Source: Hyphomicrobiales bacterium (GTDB lineage Bacteria; Pseudomonadota; Alphaproteobacteria; Rhizobiales; CBDCVD01). Taken from it: 64,000 nt of DNA. The notes beneath the pieces were generated by a model. It worked only from the letters and a program-made list of their open reading frames with translations. It was not told where the DNA came from and searched no databases. The stretch is taken from contig OZ244974.1 of the NCBI GenBank assembly GCA_965222955.1, positions 1,536,226 through 1,600,225 of the forward strand, given 5' to 3'. The position numbers and the translations under genes are program-made. Numbering within the stretch: the stretch's first letter is position 1; the number at the start of each line of letters is the position of its first letter. Of the stretch, positions 29,406-39,110 are shown one piece after another.

Positions 29406-29412
29406 GAACGCG

Positions 29413-29466
29413 TTGATCATAAAAAAAGTACATGGAGCGGAGCGAAGCACCTTTCTTCACGATCAA
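29413..29466. repeat. Family I palindromic mini-element (copy 2), 8 nt after tRNA-Gly and overlapping the radA stop
   Basis: The sequence is ttgatcataaaaaaagtacatggagcggagcgaagcacctttcttcacgatcaa. The radA TGA lies in its terminal ttgatc. Confidence 0.6.
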
Positions 29467-30875
29467 CCAGAGCGAAGCGCCCTGGCAGGCGAATCGGCCT
29501 TCCCGGCCAGTATGGCCGCGACCATATCGCCAAGAAGGCCGATGCCGTTGCAGTGAACGGCAAGCGGCCTGGTATCCGGGGTGATTTGCACCGCCGGCAT
29601 ATGGGCGGCGGTAAACCCCAGCTTGGCCGCCTCGCGCAGACGCAGGACTGGCTGCGGGACGCCACGAACCGCACCCGAAAGGCTGATCTCGCCAAAATAA
29701 ACGTTCTGGCTGGAAAGGCTTGAGTCGGCAAGCGACGATACCAGAGCTGCTGCCACAGCAAGATCGGCGGCCGGTTCACTGATACGATAGCCGCCGGCGA
29801 CGTTCAGATAAACATCCCTGGCGCCAAAGCGCACCGCGCAGCGGGTCTCCAGCACGGCGATGATCATCGCCAGGCGGTTGTGGTCCCAGCCGACCACAGC
29901 GCGCCGCGGCGTCGCCAGCGAGGAGGGCGAAACAAGGGTCTGGATTTCCACCAGAACCGGGCGGGAACCTTCCAGGCCGGCAAACACGGCCGCGCCGGGA
30001 CTGCACGCGGTGCGCTCGCCAAGAAACAACTCGGAAGGGTTCGCAACCCCGAACAGCCCGGCGCTGCGCATCTCGAACACACCGATTTCATCAGTGGGGC
30101 CAAAGCGGTTCTTCAACGCCCGCAACAGGCGAAAGGCGTGGCCGCCGTCGCCCTCAAACGAGAGCACGCCATCGACCATGTGCTCCACCACGCGCGGGCC
30201 TGCAATCGCTCCGTCCTTGGTGACATGACCCACCAGAACCACCGCGGTGCCGCTCGCCTTGGCGTGAGCGATGAGGCGCTGCGCCGACAGCCGTACCTGG
30301 GTGACGGTGCCGGGTGCCGGATCGCTCTCGCGCGACCACAATGTCTGGATGGAGTCGATGATAACCATGGTGGCCGGACCATGGGATCTGTCCTGGGATT
30401 TCAGTGTGGAGAGGATATTTTCCACATTGGTTTCGCAGGCCAGTCGCACACTCGCCTCGCCCAGCCCCAGGCGGCGGGCGCGCAACTGCACCTGGGCGAT
30501 GGATTCCTCTCCCGATACGTAGATCACATCGTGTCCGCGCTGGGCCAGGGTGGCGCTTGCCTGCAACAGCAGGGTAGACTTGCCGATGCCCGGATCGCCT
30601 CCCAGAAGCAGGACCGAGCCGGGCACAAGCCCCCCGCCGAGAACGCGGTCGAACTCGTCTATGCCGCTTGGCGTGCGCGGTGCGGTGGCGATATCGCCGG
30701 CCAGACCGGTGAGTGCCATGGGGCTGCCGGCGCGCTGGCCCAGACGGTGGGCGGCGGGGCCGGTCTGCTCCTGGACCAGGGTGTTCCAGCCGTTACAGGA
30801 ATCGCAGCGCCCGGACCATTGCGCATAAGCAGCGCCGCACGACTGGCAGATGTATTGTGTTTTCGTTCTGGCCAT
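29463..30875 (-). CDS. radA: DNA repair protein RadA/Sms
   Basis: I trimmed the start to MARTKTQYICQSCGAAYAQWSGRCDSCNGWNT (zinc finger). It has Walker A GGDPGIGKST and a Lon-like C-terminal domain. Confidence 0.9.
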   Translation of the reverse strand: MARTKTQYICQSCGAAYAQWSGRCDSCNGWNTLVQEQTGPAAHRLGQRAGSPMALTGLAGDIATAPRTPSGIDEFDRVLGGGLVPGSVLLLGGDPGIGKSTLLLQASATLAQRGHDVIYVSGEESIAQVQLRARRLGLGEASVRLACETNVENILSTLKSQDRSHGPATMVIIDSIQTLWSRESDPAPGTVTQVRLSAQRLIAHAKASGTAVVLVGHVTKDGAIAGPRVVEHMVDGVLSFEGDGGHAFRLLRALKNRFGPTDEIGVFEMRSAGLFGVANPSELFLGERTACSPGAAVFAGLEGSRPVLVEIQTLVSPSSLATPRRAVVGWDHNRLAMIIAVLETRCAVRFGARDVYLNVAGGYRISEPAADLAVAAALVSSLADSSLSSQNVYFGEISLSGAVRGVPQPVLRLREAAKLGFTAAHMPAVQITPDTRPLAVHCNGIGLLGDMVAAILAGKADSPARALRSG

Positions 30876-30916
30876 GAATGCCGTCCAAACCCCTGGCGTG
30901 CCTTGCACGTAGCCTT

Positions 30917-31037
30917 TGATGACCTTTCAGCAGGTTGTCCTCGAAAAACCCACCGGGTGCTGCTGGACATTCATCTGATCATGAGAGATGAACCTTCAGG
31001 TTTGCCCGTCCCGGGAACAACCTGTTGAAAGATCACA
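30917..31037. mobile_element. Family C MITE between the radA start and alr stop
   Basis: The ends are tgatgacctttcagcaggttgtcctcgaaaaaccc...catctgatcat and gagagatgaaccttcaggtttgcccgtcccgggaacaacctgttgaaagatcaca. Confidence 0.65.
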
Positions 31038-31061
31038 TCCAGCCACGCTCCAAGTCCCGGT

Positions 31062-32186
31062 CTAAACATAGTGCCGCCTGTAGCGCTGTCCCAGCCGGGT
31101 AAGGACTTCGTAGCCGATGGTTTGCGCATTCGCAGCGAAGGCGTCAATACCGATATGGCGCCCAAGAAGCTCCACCGCCGGCAGGGTGCCCACTTTTGCA
31201 TGAAAGTCAACGCCGCTCACATCACTCACATCAAGCATAAGCATGTCCATGGTAACGCGCCCGATGATCGGCGCCTGCTGGCCGTTGAGGATAGCGTAGC
31301 CTTGATCGCCGGCAGCACGTGGAATACCGTCCGCATAGCCGGCGCCGACCACGGCGACGAGCGTATCGCGCTGGCACGTATAGGTTGCGCCATAGCTTAT
31401 CGTATCCCCTGCCTTCAGGCGACGAACATCTAAAACAGGCGCGTGAACGGCCACGACTGCATCCATGGGATTGGTCGCATGAGGCGTTGGATTGCCACCG
31501 TAAAGGGCATAACCCGGGCGCACCAGATCGAAATGATACGCCCCTCCCAGAGCAATGCCGGAAGAATTGGCAAGGGAGGCGGGAACCCGGGGCAGTTTTT
31601 GCGCAGCGGCCGCAAAACGCTCCAACTGGATGCGGTTCAAGGGATGCGTCGCCTCCTCGGCGCACGCCAGATGACTCATAAGCAGGGCGATGGAAAGATC
31701 GCTCCCCAAAAGCATATCAGCCGTCTCGGCGAATGCCTCAAAAGGCAGCCCCAGCCGGTTCATTCCCGTATCCACGTGAAGGGCCACCCCGGGCGTACCG
31801 CCGTAAGGCGCGGCCTCGCTTTGCCAGGCATGAATTTCTTCCATACTGCCAAGCACGGCACGCAGATCAAGGCGGATATAGTCGCCGATAGTGCCGGCGC
31901 GATACCCGTTCAGGATATAGATCGTCGCCTGCGCGCTCAGGCGGCGCAAAGCGGCTCCCTCGGCCACATGGGCAACGAAGAATGTATCGCACCCCGCCTG
32001 GCACAGGCGCGGCACTGTATGCGCCATGCCAAGACCATAGCTGTCCGCCTTGACAACCGCCCCGCAGCGTGCCGGCGCGGCAGTTGCGCGCAATGTTTGC
32101 CAGTTGGCGGCCAGCGCGTCCAGATTGATGCGCAGTCGCGCCGCCCCGCCGGCCTCTCCAGGATCGCTTTGGTGCTGATTGTTCAT
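31062..32186 (-). CDS. alr: Alanine racemase
   Basis: It contains …AVVKADSYGLGM… (PLP lysine context) and …YADGIPR…; the protein is 374 aa. Confidence 0.85.
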   Translation of the reverse strand: MNNQHQSDPGEAGGAARLRINLDALAANWQTLRATAAPARCGAVVKADSYGLGMAHTVPRLCQAGCDTFFVAHVAEGAALRRLSAQATIYILNGYRAGTIGDYIRLDLRAVLGSMEEIHAWQSEAAPYGGTPGVALHVDTGMNRLGLPFEAFAETADMLLGSDLSIALLMSHLACAEEATHPLNRIQLERFAAAAQKLPRVPASLANSSGIALGGAYHFDLVRPGYALYGGNPTPHATNPMDAVVAVHAPVLDVRRLKAGDTISYGATYTCQRDTLVAVVGAGYADGIPRAAGDQGYAILNGQQAPIIGRVTMDMLMLDVSDVSGVDFHAKVGTLPAVELLGRHIGIDAFAANAQTIGYEVLTRLGQRYRRHYV

Positions 32187-32248
32187 GGTAGCCGGCAGGG
32201 TCTAATTGTGATCTTTCAATCGTTTGTTCTTGAAAAAAACATCTCTGG

Positions 32249-32369
32249 GAGCGTGTCGGATTTGTTAGCTAAGTCATTGATTTTATTGAATTCCTTATTC
32301 TTCCAAAAGACATGTTTCGTAGTAAAATCAACGACTTGGGCAGTTGGCACCCGTAAACCTGACACGCTC
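32249..32369. mobile_element. A-type termini around an unrelated AT-rich 100-bp core
   Basis: The left end is gagcgtgtcgg and the right end is cctgacacgctc. The interior (atttgttagctaagtcattgattttattgaattcc...) has no similarity to other A copies. Confidence 0.55.
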
Positions 32370-32370
32370 C

Positions 32371-32640
32371 AGATGTGTCATTTCAACAGGTTGTTCCCAA
32401 GACAGGCAAACCGGAAAGTACATCTCCTGCGCCCTTGCCGCCAGCGAGGCCATACCGGGCCATTTACCTGATCATCGCTTTTTTTCGATTTATCCTGCGT
32501 TGTCAAGGGTTTAAGAACCGCCAGGGGCGGCGCGAAGCGCCCTTGACAACGCTGGATAAATCGAACACCTCTAATGATCAGGTGAATGGCCCCCTCTACC
32601 CGATGGATTTATCTGGGACAACCTGTTGAAATTACACATC
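32371..32640. mobile_element. Family C MITE with a nested D hairpin element (reference for the C+D architecture)
   Basis: The C ends are atgtgtcatttcaacaggttgttccc and gggacaacctgttgaaattacacat. The D core is gttgtcaagggtttaagaaccgccaggggcggcgcgaagcgcccttgacaac, at ~32468-32572. Confidence 0.7.
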
Positions 32641-32643
32641 TAG

Positions 32644-32744
32644 TGATCAGATGGATGGCCCGAACCGGCCTTGCCGTGGCAGGAGCGGCAAGCGGTGTCA
32701 CTTCAGACCTGCCGCCTTTAGAACACCCTGCTGAATGGTCACAT
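32644..32744. repeat. Family C half-element ending exactly at the dnaB stop codon
   Basis: The sequence runs tgatcagatggatggcccgaaccggcc...ctgctgaatggtcacat and is followed by cta, the TAG stop of dnaB on the minus strand. Confidence 0.6.
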
Positions 32745-34232
32745 CTAATCCATAACATCCGGTATTCGCTCAGGCTTGGCCAGATTGGAAAAGCGTGTAA
32801 ATGTATCGTCAAAATGCAACTCAACGGTGCCCGTCGGCCCGTGACGCTGCTTGCCGATAATCACTTCGGCGCGGCCCATGATCTCTTCCATCTCCGCCTG
32901 CCAGGTAAAGAACGCATCGGTGCCCTCCTTGGGTTTGGCGTTCTTTTTGTAATATTCCTCGCGGTAGATGAACATGACCACATCAGCGTCCTGTTCGATG
33001 GAGCCGGATTCGCGCAAATCGGCCAGTTGCGGGCGCTTGTCCTCGCGGGACTCGACCTGGCGCGAGAGCTGCGACAGGGCGATAATCGGGACATCGAGTT
33101 CCTTCGCCAGCGCCTTTAAACTGGTGGTGATCTCGGTGATTTCCTGCACCCGCCCCTGATCGGCGCGGCGGCGCGAGCCTTGCAGCAATTGCAGATAATC
33201 GACGATCATCAGATCCATCCCGCGCTGGCGCTTGACGCGCCGGGCGCGTGCGGCAAGCTGGGCGATCGATATACCGCCGGTATCGTCGATAAAAAGGGGA
33301 ATGTCCTGGATTTCGCGCGAGACATCGACCAGTCGCTCAAACTGCCCGGCATCGATACGGCCGCGGCGCACATCGGCGGAAGAAATGCGCGTTTGCTCCG
33401 AGATCAACCGCGTCGCCAGTTGCTCGCACGACATCTCAAGGGAGAAAAACGCCACAACACCACCATCGACAGTACGATGGGTGCCATCGGCCAGGACCTC
33501 AAAGCGATAGTTACGCGCCGCGTGAAAGGCAATATTGGTGGCAAGCGCGGTTTTCCCCATGGCCGGGCGCGCCGCGATAATGACCAGATCCGATGCTTGC
33601 AGGCCCCCCAGCAGGCGATCGAGATCGTATAGTCCGGTCGCCAGGCCGGACAGGTGACTGTCGCGCTGGTAGGCCTTGGCGGCCATATCGACGGCAACCG
33701 CAATGGCATCGGAAAAGCCGATAAAGCCACTCTCGCTGCGGCCGCTCTCGGCCAGTTCATAGAGGCGCCGTTCGGTCTCCTCGATCTGTTCGCGCGGCGT
33801 GTGATCAACGGGGGCGGCGAAGGCGGTATTGACCATGTCCTCGCCGATGCCGATAAGTTGACGGCGAAGGGCGGCGTCGCGAATGACGTGGCCGTAATCA
33901 AGCGCATTGATGATCGTCGTCGCCTCGCCGGCCAGACGCGCCAGATATTGCGCCACGGTAATTTCACCGATGCGCTCATCGGCCGGCAGAAACGTCTTGA
34001 TGGTGATCGGCGTTGCGCTTTTGCCGGCGCGCACGATCCTGGCCAGTGTCTCGTAAATGGTGCGGTGCAGCGGCTCGTAAAAATGGTCCGCCTCAAGAAA
34101 GTCCGAAACCCGGTAAAACGCCTCGTTATTGACCAGTATGGCGCCAAGTAACGCCTGCTCCGCCTCGATATTGTTGGGAACAACCCGCTCAAGCGCAGGA
34201 TCGAACGTTTCCTTGTGTGCCGGCAGTGCCAT
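32745..34232 (-). CDS. dnaB: Replicative DNA helicase DnaB
   Basis: It contains PNNIEAEQALLGAIL and Walker A ARPAMGKTA; the protein is 495 aa. Confidence 0.92.
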   Translation of the reverse strand: MALPAHKETFDPALERVVPNNIEAEQALLGAILVNNEAFYRVSDFLEADHFYEPLHRTIYETLARIVRAGKSATPITIKTFLPADERIGEITVAQYLARLAGEATTIINALDYGHVIRDAALRRQLIGIGEDMVNTAFAAPVDHTPREQIEETERRLYELAESGRSESGFIGFSDAIAVAVDMAAKAYQRDSHLSGLATGLYDLDRLLGGLQASDLVIIAARPAMGKTALATNIAFHAARNYRFEVLADGTHRTVDGGVVAFFSLEMSCEQLATRLISEQTRISSADVRRGRIDAGQFERLVDVSREIQDIPLFIDDTGGISIAQLAARARRVKRQRGMDLMIVDYLQLLQGSRRRADQGRVQEITEITTSLKALAKELDVPIIALSQLSRQVESREDKRPQLADLRESGSIEQDADVVMFIYREEYYKKNAKPKEGTDAFFTWQAEMEEIMGRAEVIIGKQRHGPTGTVELHFDDTFTRFSNLAKPERIPDVMD

Positions 34233-34475
34233 TGCTTGCCCTTGGATTTATGCTGCGATTCGTGCTGCTTTTCGCATCAACTGCAGGCGAACATCGCTTG
34301 TAGACGAATAATGTCGATCACGTATCGTTATTGGAACTGCGCCTGCGCCAGCGCAATGGTGCGGTCGCCGCCATCCTCGTTATTCACAGCCAGGCGGTGG
34401 ATCATTTGCCATGCGATGGTGCAGCGCCGTGCCATTACCCCAAAAGGGGTCTAAAAAAGGGTGCGCAACCTGCCT

Positions 34476-35906
34476 TTAGCGCGATTTGCGCTTGCCTTTT
34501 TTCGCCTTTACCGCCGCCTGCGGGCGAATCATTTTCTCCGGCCGCACGATAGCATCGAATTCGGCCCCCGTGACCATACCAAGGGCAATGGCTTCGTGCT
34601 TTAATGTCGTGCCGTTTTTGTGCGCCGTCTTGGCGAGCCTGGTGGCATTGTCGTAGCCAATGTGGGGCGCCAGGGCGGTCACCAGCATCAGCGAACGCGC
34701 CATCAGATCCGCAATACGCGCCTCGTCCGCCCGGATGCCGACAACGCATTTATCGGCAAAGCTGCGCGATGCGTCGCTCAGCAGGCGAATGGACTGAAGC
34801 ATGTTGTAGGCCAGCACCGGCTTGTAGACGTTCAACTCGAAATGCCCCTGGCTGCCGCCTGAAGTGATCGTCGTGTGATTGCCGAAGACCTGTGTGCATA
34901 CCATGCTCAGCGCCTCGCACTGGGTGGGATTGACCTTGCCGGGCATGATGGAGGAGCCGGGTTCGTTTTCCGGCAGGATCAACTCGCCCAGCCCCGAGCG
35001 CGGGCCCGAGGCGAGAAAACGGATGTCATTGGCGATCTTGAACAGCGAAACGGCGATGGTGTTCAGGGCGCCGTGGACGTAAACATAGGAATCGTGCGCC
35101 GCCAGGGCCTCGAACTTGTTGGCGGCGGTCACGAACGGCAGGCCCGTCAGCTTGGCGACGCGGGCAGCGAAAAGCCGATCGAACCCGGGGCGGGTGTTCA
35201 GCCCCGTGCCCACCGCCGTGCCCCCTTGCGCAAGGGGGTAGAGGTGCCTGACCGCCTCGCGAAGGCGGGAAATACCCAGTTTGATCTGCTGCGCGTAGCC
35301 GGAAAACTCCTGTCCCAGGGTAAGCGGCGTTGCGTCCTGGGTGTGGGTGCGGCCGATTTTGATGATTTTGGAAAACGCATGCGCCTTGTCGTGCAGGGCG
35401 TCGTGCAAATGGACAAGCGCGTCCAAAAGCCGCTTGTCGATCTCTTCGGCCGCGGCGATATGCATGGCCGTCGGAAATGTGTCATTGGACGACTGGCTGC
35501 GATTGACATGATCGTTGGGATGGATCGGGTGTTTGCTGCCCAGGGTGCCGCCGAGCATCTCGATGGCGCGATTGGCGATGACCTCATTGGCATTCATATT
35601 GGTCTGGGTGCCGGAGCCGGTCTGCCAGATTACGAGGGGGAAGTGGCTGTCGTGCTTGCCCGCCATGACTTCGCGCGCCGCCCTGGCGATGACATTGGCA
35701 AGGCGCGGGCTTAACGTCTTTTGCTCCTTATTGGTGATGGCAGCGGCATATTTGATAATGCCCAGGGCGCGGATTATCCCGGGGGGCATGGTCTCGGAGC
35801 CGATTTTGAAATTCATCAGCGAGCGCTGGGTCTGCGCCCCCCAGTACTTCTGCGCCGGAACTTTCAGGGTGCCGAAACTATCGGTTTCCTTGCGTGTGGC
35901 CGCCAT
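34476..35906 (-). CDS. fumC: Class II fumarate hydratase
   Basis: It contains …[16 protein letters not shown]… (the fumarate lyase signature); the protein is 476 aa. Confidence 0.92.
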   Translation of the reverse strand: MAATRKETDSFGTLKVPAQKYWGAQTQRSLMNFKIGSETMPPGIIRALGIIKYAAAITNKEQKTLSPRLANVIARAAREVMAGKHDSHFPLVIWQTGSGTQTNMNANEVIANRAIEMLGGTLGSKHPIHPNDHVNRSQSSNDTFPTAMHIAAAEEIDKRLLDALVHLHDALHDKAHAFSKIIKIGRTHTQDATPLTLGQEFSGYAQQIKLGISRLREAVRHLYPLAQGGTAVGTGLNTRPGFDRLFAARVAKLTGLPFVTAANKFEALAAHDSYVYVHGALNTIAVSLFKIANDIRFLASGPRSGLGELILPENEPGSSIMPGKVNPTQCEALSMVCTQVFGNHTTITSGGSQGHFELNVYKPVLAYNMLQSIRLLSDASRSFADKCVVGIRADEARIADLMARSLMLVTALAPHIGYDNATRLAKTAHKNGTTLKHEAIALGMVTGAEFDAIVRPEKMIRPQAAVKAKKGKRKSR

Positions 35907-36094
35907 TTTCCCCCTCCTTTGGATGTGTCATAACAATCGGGTGCTCTCAAGAACAACCCGGTGAGGTTACAAACCCGGAGTCCAGGCGAGAGGACCGTCC
36001 GCCGCCGCTTGCCTGTCAGCCGAAAAGGGCGCCGCGTAGCTGTCATGTCGTCGCATCTATTACCCCTGGCGTGCGTATAAGGCACCACAGACGC

Positions 36095-36673
36095 CTACTT
36101 TTGCCGAAACGTATCGATGGAGATGACGTTCTCGCCGCTGGCCGGCTCGCCGGCATCTTTACCGTCGTCGCGAGCGCTCTCCGGTGTATCCTTGCTGGCG
36201 TTCTCCGTCTTGTCCCTGGCCGGTTGTTGTAAAGCCTCCCGGGTGTCTGGCATCACGGGAGCGGTATCGTTTGCCTGTCTGGGAGAAGAGGACTTTGCCG
36301 TTTGTTCCATATCATCGCGGGGCATCTCGAACTGTAAGCCGAACTGGACGGAAGGATCGTAAAACCCCTTGATCGACTCAAAGGGAACAACCAGCTTTTC
36401 CGGTACACCGTTGAAAGCGAGCCCCACCTCAAAGCGATCCTCGTGCACCTCAAGGTCCCAAAACTGGTGCTGCAACACAATGGTCATCTCGCCCGTGTGC
36501 TGGGCACGCAGGCGATCCGACAACTCAACCCCCGACGTCTCCATATCAATGGTGATATAAAGATGGTGCTCCCCGGGCAGACCGGTCGTGGCAATTTCGC
36601 TGATTACCGTGCGAACCACGCCGCGAAGCGCTTCCTGGGTGAGAATATCGTAGCGTATCAGATCCTGAACCAT
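36095..36673 (-). CDS. sspB: SspB-like ClpXP adaptor (alphaproteobacterial type)
   Basis: I trimmed the start to MVQDLIRYDILTQEALRGVVRTVISEIATTGLPGEHHLYITI...TIVLQHQFWDLEV, followed by an acidic disordered tail. Confidence 0.65.
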   Translation of the reverse strand: MVQDLIRYDILTQEALRGVVRTVISEIATTGLPGEHHLYITIDMETSGVELSDRLRAQHTGEMTIVLQHQFWDLEVHEDRFEVGLAFNGVPEKLVVPFESIKGFYDPSVQFGLQFEMPRDDMEQTAKSSSPRQANDTAPVMPDTREALQQPARDKTENASKDTPESARDDGKDAGEPASGENVISIDTFRQK

Positions 36674-36800
36674 GGCACGGGCTTCTTGATTAAACGGGCT
36701 CGAAAATACTGTATTGCAGGGTAATTGACTCGGTGTTCCAGAGCAACACGCGTTTTCGCCTCCTCCCATGGATCTTTTCGGTTCGGAGGCGAAAGCGGCA

Positions 36801-37391
36801 CTATAACATAATAACCATTACCAGGGATGCAACCAGCAGGGCGGCGACGATCCTGTTGAGCCATCCGGCCTTTTTCCGATCGGCCAGCAAGGCGGCAAGC
36901 TGCTGGCCAAAGAAACTCCAGCTTGACGCCGCAAAAGGCGAAACGATAAGAAAAATCAGGGCAATACTCAAAACATCCGCAAGATGGCTCTCTTGACGCG
37001 CATAGGTCACAATCGCGCCGGATATTACCAGCCACGCCTTGGGGTTGATCCATTGAAACGCGGCGCTTTCAAGGAACGTCATGGGCCGTTTGCGCGCCGC
37101 GCGCTGCCCGGGCCTTGCGTCGAGAAGGATCCAGGCCAGATAAAGAAAATATATCACAAAGGCCGTTTTCATTATCGGTTGCAAAAGCGGCAGACGGTCG
37201 AATATCTCTCCAAGACCAAAGCCAACCACAACAACCAGAAACGGAAAACCAAAAGTGATGCCGATGACATGGGGCAGGGTGCGGCGAAACCCAAACGAAA
37301 TTCCTGACGCCATCAGCAACAGATTGTTCGGCCCCGGCGTAAAGGAGGCGGCGATGGCAAAAAGGATGACGGGTAATAAAAACTCGATCAT
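36801..37391 (-). CDS. LysE/RhtB-family amino-acid exporter
   Basis: I trimmed the start to MIEFLLPVILFAIAASFTPGPNNLLLMASG, the typical LysE N-terminus. Confidence 0.75.
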   Translation of the reverse strand: MIEFLLPVILFAIAASFTPGPNNLLLMASGISFGFRRTLPHVIGITFGFPFLVVVVGFGLGEIFDRLPLLQPIMKTAFVIYFLYLAWILLDARPGQRAARKRPMTFLESAAFQWINPKAWLVISGAIVTYARQESHLADVLSIALIFLIVSPFAASSWSFFGQQLAALLADRKKAGWLNRIVAALLVASLVMVIML

Positions 37392-37511
37392 CTGCGGCGC
37401 GCCTCCGTGGCGCCGGCGAAAAACCGTATCGGTAAATCGGTAATTGGAGCGTGTCATGTCTTGACAGAATTGCTTCTATTAAGACATGACACACTCTAAT
37501 AATAATCCCCT

Positions 37512-37538
37512 CAACAAAAAGGGCTCCGAAGAGCCCTT
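37512..37538 (-). terminator. Rho-independent terminator of ssrA
   Basis: The minus strand reads aaagggctc-ttcg-gagcccttt followed by TTGTTG. A T-run is present only on the minus strand. Confidence 0.65.
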
Positions 37539-37544
37539 TAAGGG

Positions 37545-37935
37545 AGTGTTCTGTTGCCAGGTTCTCCATGACCCCGCCCCATCCTTGCAGGGATGGGGGC
37601 TAAAGTTCGAGGCGTCGCGCCTTAAGCGGCGAGACGGACCTCTGCGTAGTTGTCATTTGCAACTATCAAAACGGCCCGATAACGGTGGATACCATACCGA
37701 ACGAAAACGCGTTCTTTACACCTTCGTCGATCCTGTTTCGCCCCCATCACAGACGGGCCTTGTGGCGTGCTGCGCTGCATTGTGCTACAAACCTGTCAGG
37801 TACAGATTTGCGATAAAGCGCAACACGAACCCCGCCGACACAACCAGGGCCGGTCTGTGGTGGAGGCGCCGGGTACCGCCCCCGGGTCCGAACAGCTTAT
37901 TGCAACGGTCATTTATCGTCATAGCCGGCAAGGCC
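37545..37935 (-). ncRNA. ssrA: Two-piece (circularly permuted) tmRNA
   Basis: All elements are on the minus strand. The acceptor piece ends ...ccgggggcggtacccggCGCCTCCACCA, with its 3' end at ~37858. The coding piece starts GGGGGCGAAACAGGATCGACG at ~37744, which allows a G3:U70 pair with the acceptor strand. The tag ORF GCA AAT GAC AAC TAC GCA GAG GTC CGT CTC GCC GCT TAA encodes ANDNYAEVRLAA* (37622-37660). The outer ends are approximate. Confidence 0.88.
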
Positions 37936-38024
37936 GGCACGTGACTATAACATAGTCACGCCCCTTACGCCAGACAATAGGTGATATCGGGACTGACCAG
38001 GAGAGTTTTGCTTTTCTTTGACTA

Positions 38025-38297
38025 GAGCGTGTCAGGTCTTAATAGAATCATTCTGACGGAGCGATTTTGCGACAAGATGAGCCTTAAGTCTCACAGGATA
38101 TAGTGGGGCTATTTTCAAGAGACTTAAGGTTCATCTTGGTGCAAAAGCGCCCGTCCCTTCGGGTTTGCCGATTGGCGGACGCCCACGCCCAAGCCGCTCT
38201 CGAGAGATGGGTCGCCATCGCTCTTCGATCGCCTTGGGCGTGGTTCGCCTCGCCAATCGAGAAACGAAAATTGCTTCTATTAAGACCTGACACGCTC
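38025..38297 (-). mobile_element. Family A MITE (copy 6, inverted orientation)
   Basis: The ends are gagcgtgtcaggtcttaatagaatcattctgacggagcg... and ...ttgcttctattaagacctgacacgctc, flanked by TA/TA. Confidence 0.85.
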
Positions 38298-38344
38298 TAA
38301 TCAGAGGTTTGCCGGTCTTAACGGATACGAGATATGAGCAGCAT

Positions 38345-39013
38345 ATGGCGGCCAGCAACAGATTAAAGCCCGGGCGCAAGCGTACAACCTCATCGCGCCG
38401 ATGGTTGCAGCGCCAGTTGCGCGATCCTTATGTGGCGCGCGCACAACAGCAAGGTTGGCGCTCGCGCGCCGCCTTTAAGCTGCTGGAGATCGATGCGAAA
38501 TACAAGCTCCTGCGGCCAAAGCGGCGCATTATCGACCTGGGTTGCGCGCCAGGGGGCTGGTGCCAGGTGGCGGCCCGCGCGGTGGGTTCGCAAGGCCCGG
38601 CGCCGCCGGTCGTCGGGCTTGACATTACCGAGATGGCTCCCATTCCCGGCGTGACGTTCATTTGCGCCGATTTTACTACCGAAGACACTCTGGAGATGTT
38701 ATCGCAACACGTTGCGGGCGGTGTCGATGTGGTTCTCAGCGATATGGCGCAAAAGGCGACGGGCCATCGCAAGACCGATCATTTGCGTATCATGCACCTT
38801 TGCGAGCTGGCAGCCGATTTTGCCGCGCAAGTGCTTGATCCAGGTGGCGATTTTCTCGCCAAGGTGCTCAAAGGAGGCACCGAGGGAGCGCTTTTGGCGC
38901 AGCTTAAGCGCGACTATCGTACCGTGCGCCATGTTAAACCGCCGGCCAGCCGCAAGGAGTCCGCAGAAGGATATGTGCTGGCGCAAGGGTTTCGCCGCGC
39001 CCGTGGAACGTAA
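38345..39013 (+). CDS. rlmE: 23S rRNA (uridine-2'-O)-methyltransferase RlmE/FtsJ
   Basis: It contains …SSRRWLQRQLRDPYV…RSRAAFKLLEIDAKYKLL…DLGCAPGGW… The start is set at MAASN (38345); the ORF track begins at 38309. Confidence 0.85.
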   Translation: MAASNRLKPGRKRTTSSRRWLQRQLRDPYVARAQQQGWRSRAAFKLLEIDAKYKLLRPKRRIIDLGCAPGGWCQVAARAVGSQGPAPPVVGLDITEMAPIPGVTFICADFTTEDTLEMLSQHVAGGVDVVLSDMAQKATGHRKTDHLRIMHLCELAADFAAQVLDPGGDFLAKVLKGGTEGALLAQLKRDYRTVRHVKPPASRKESAEGYVLAQGFRRARGT

Positions 39014-39110
39014 GGCCTTGCGCGAATCGAATGCGCCGTGATAATCACCTCAATTCATCGGCATTTGCGTTCACCGCAGGCCGATTTCGTTCTATTGAGG
39101 AAAAGGGGCG

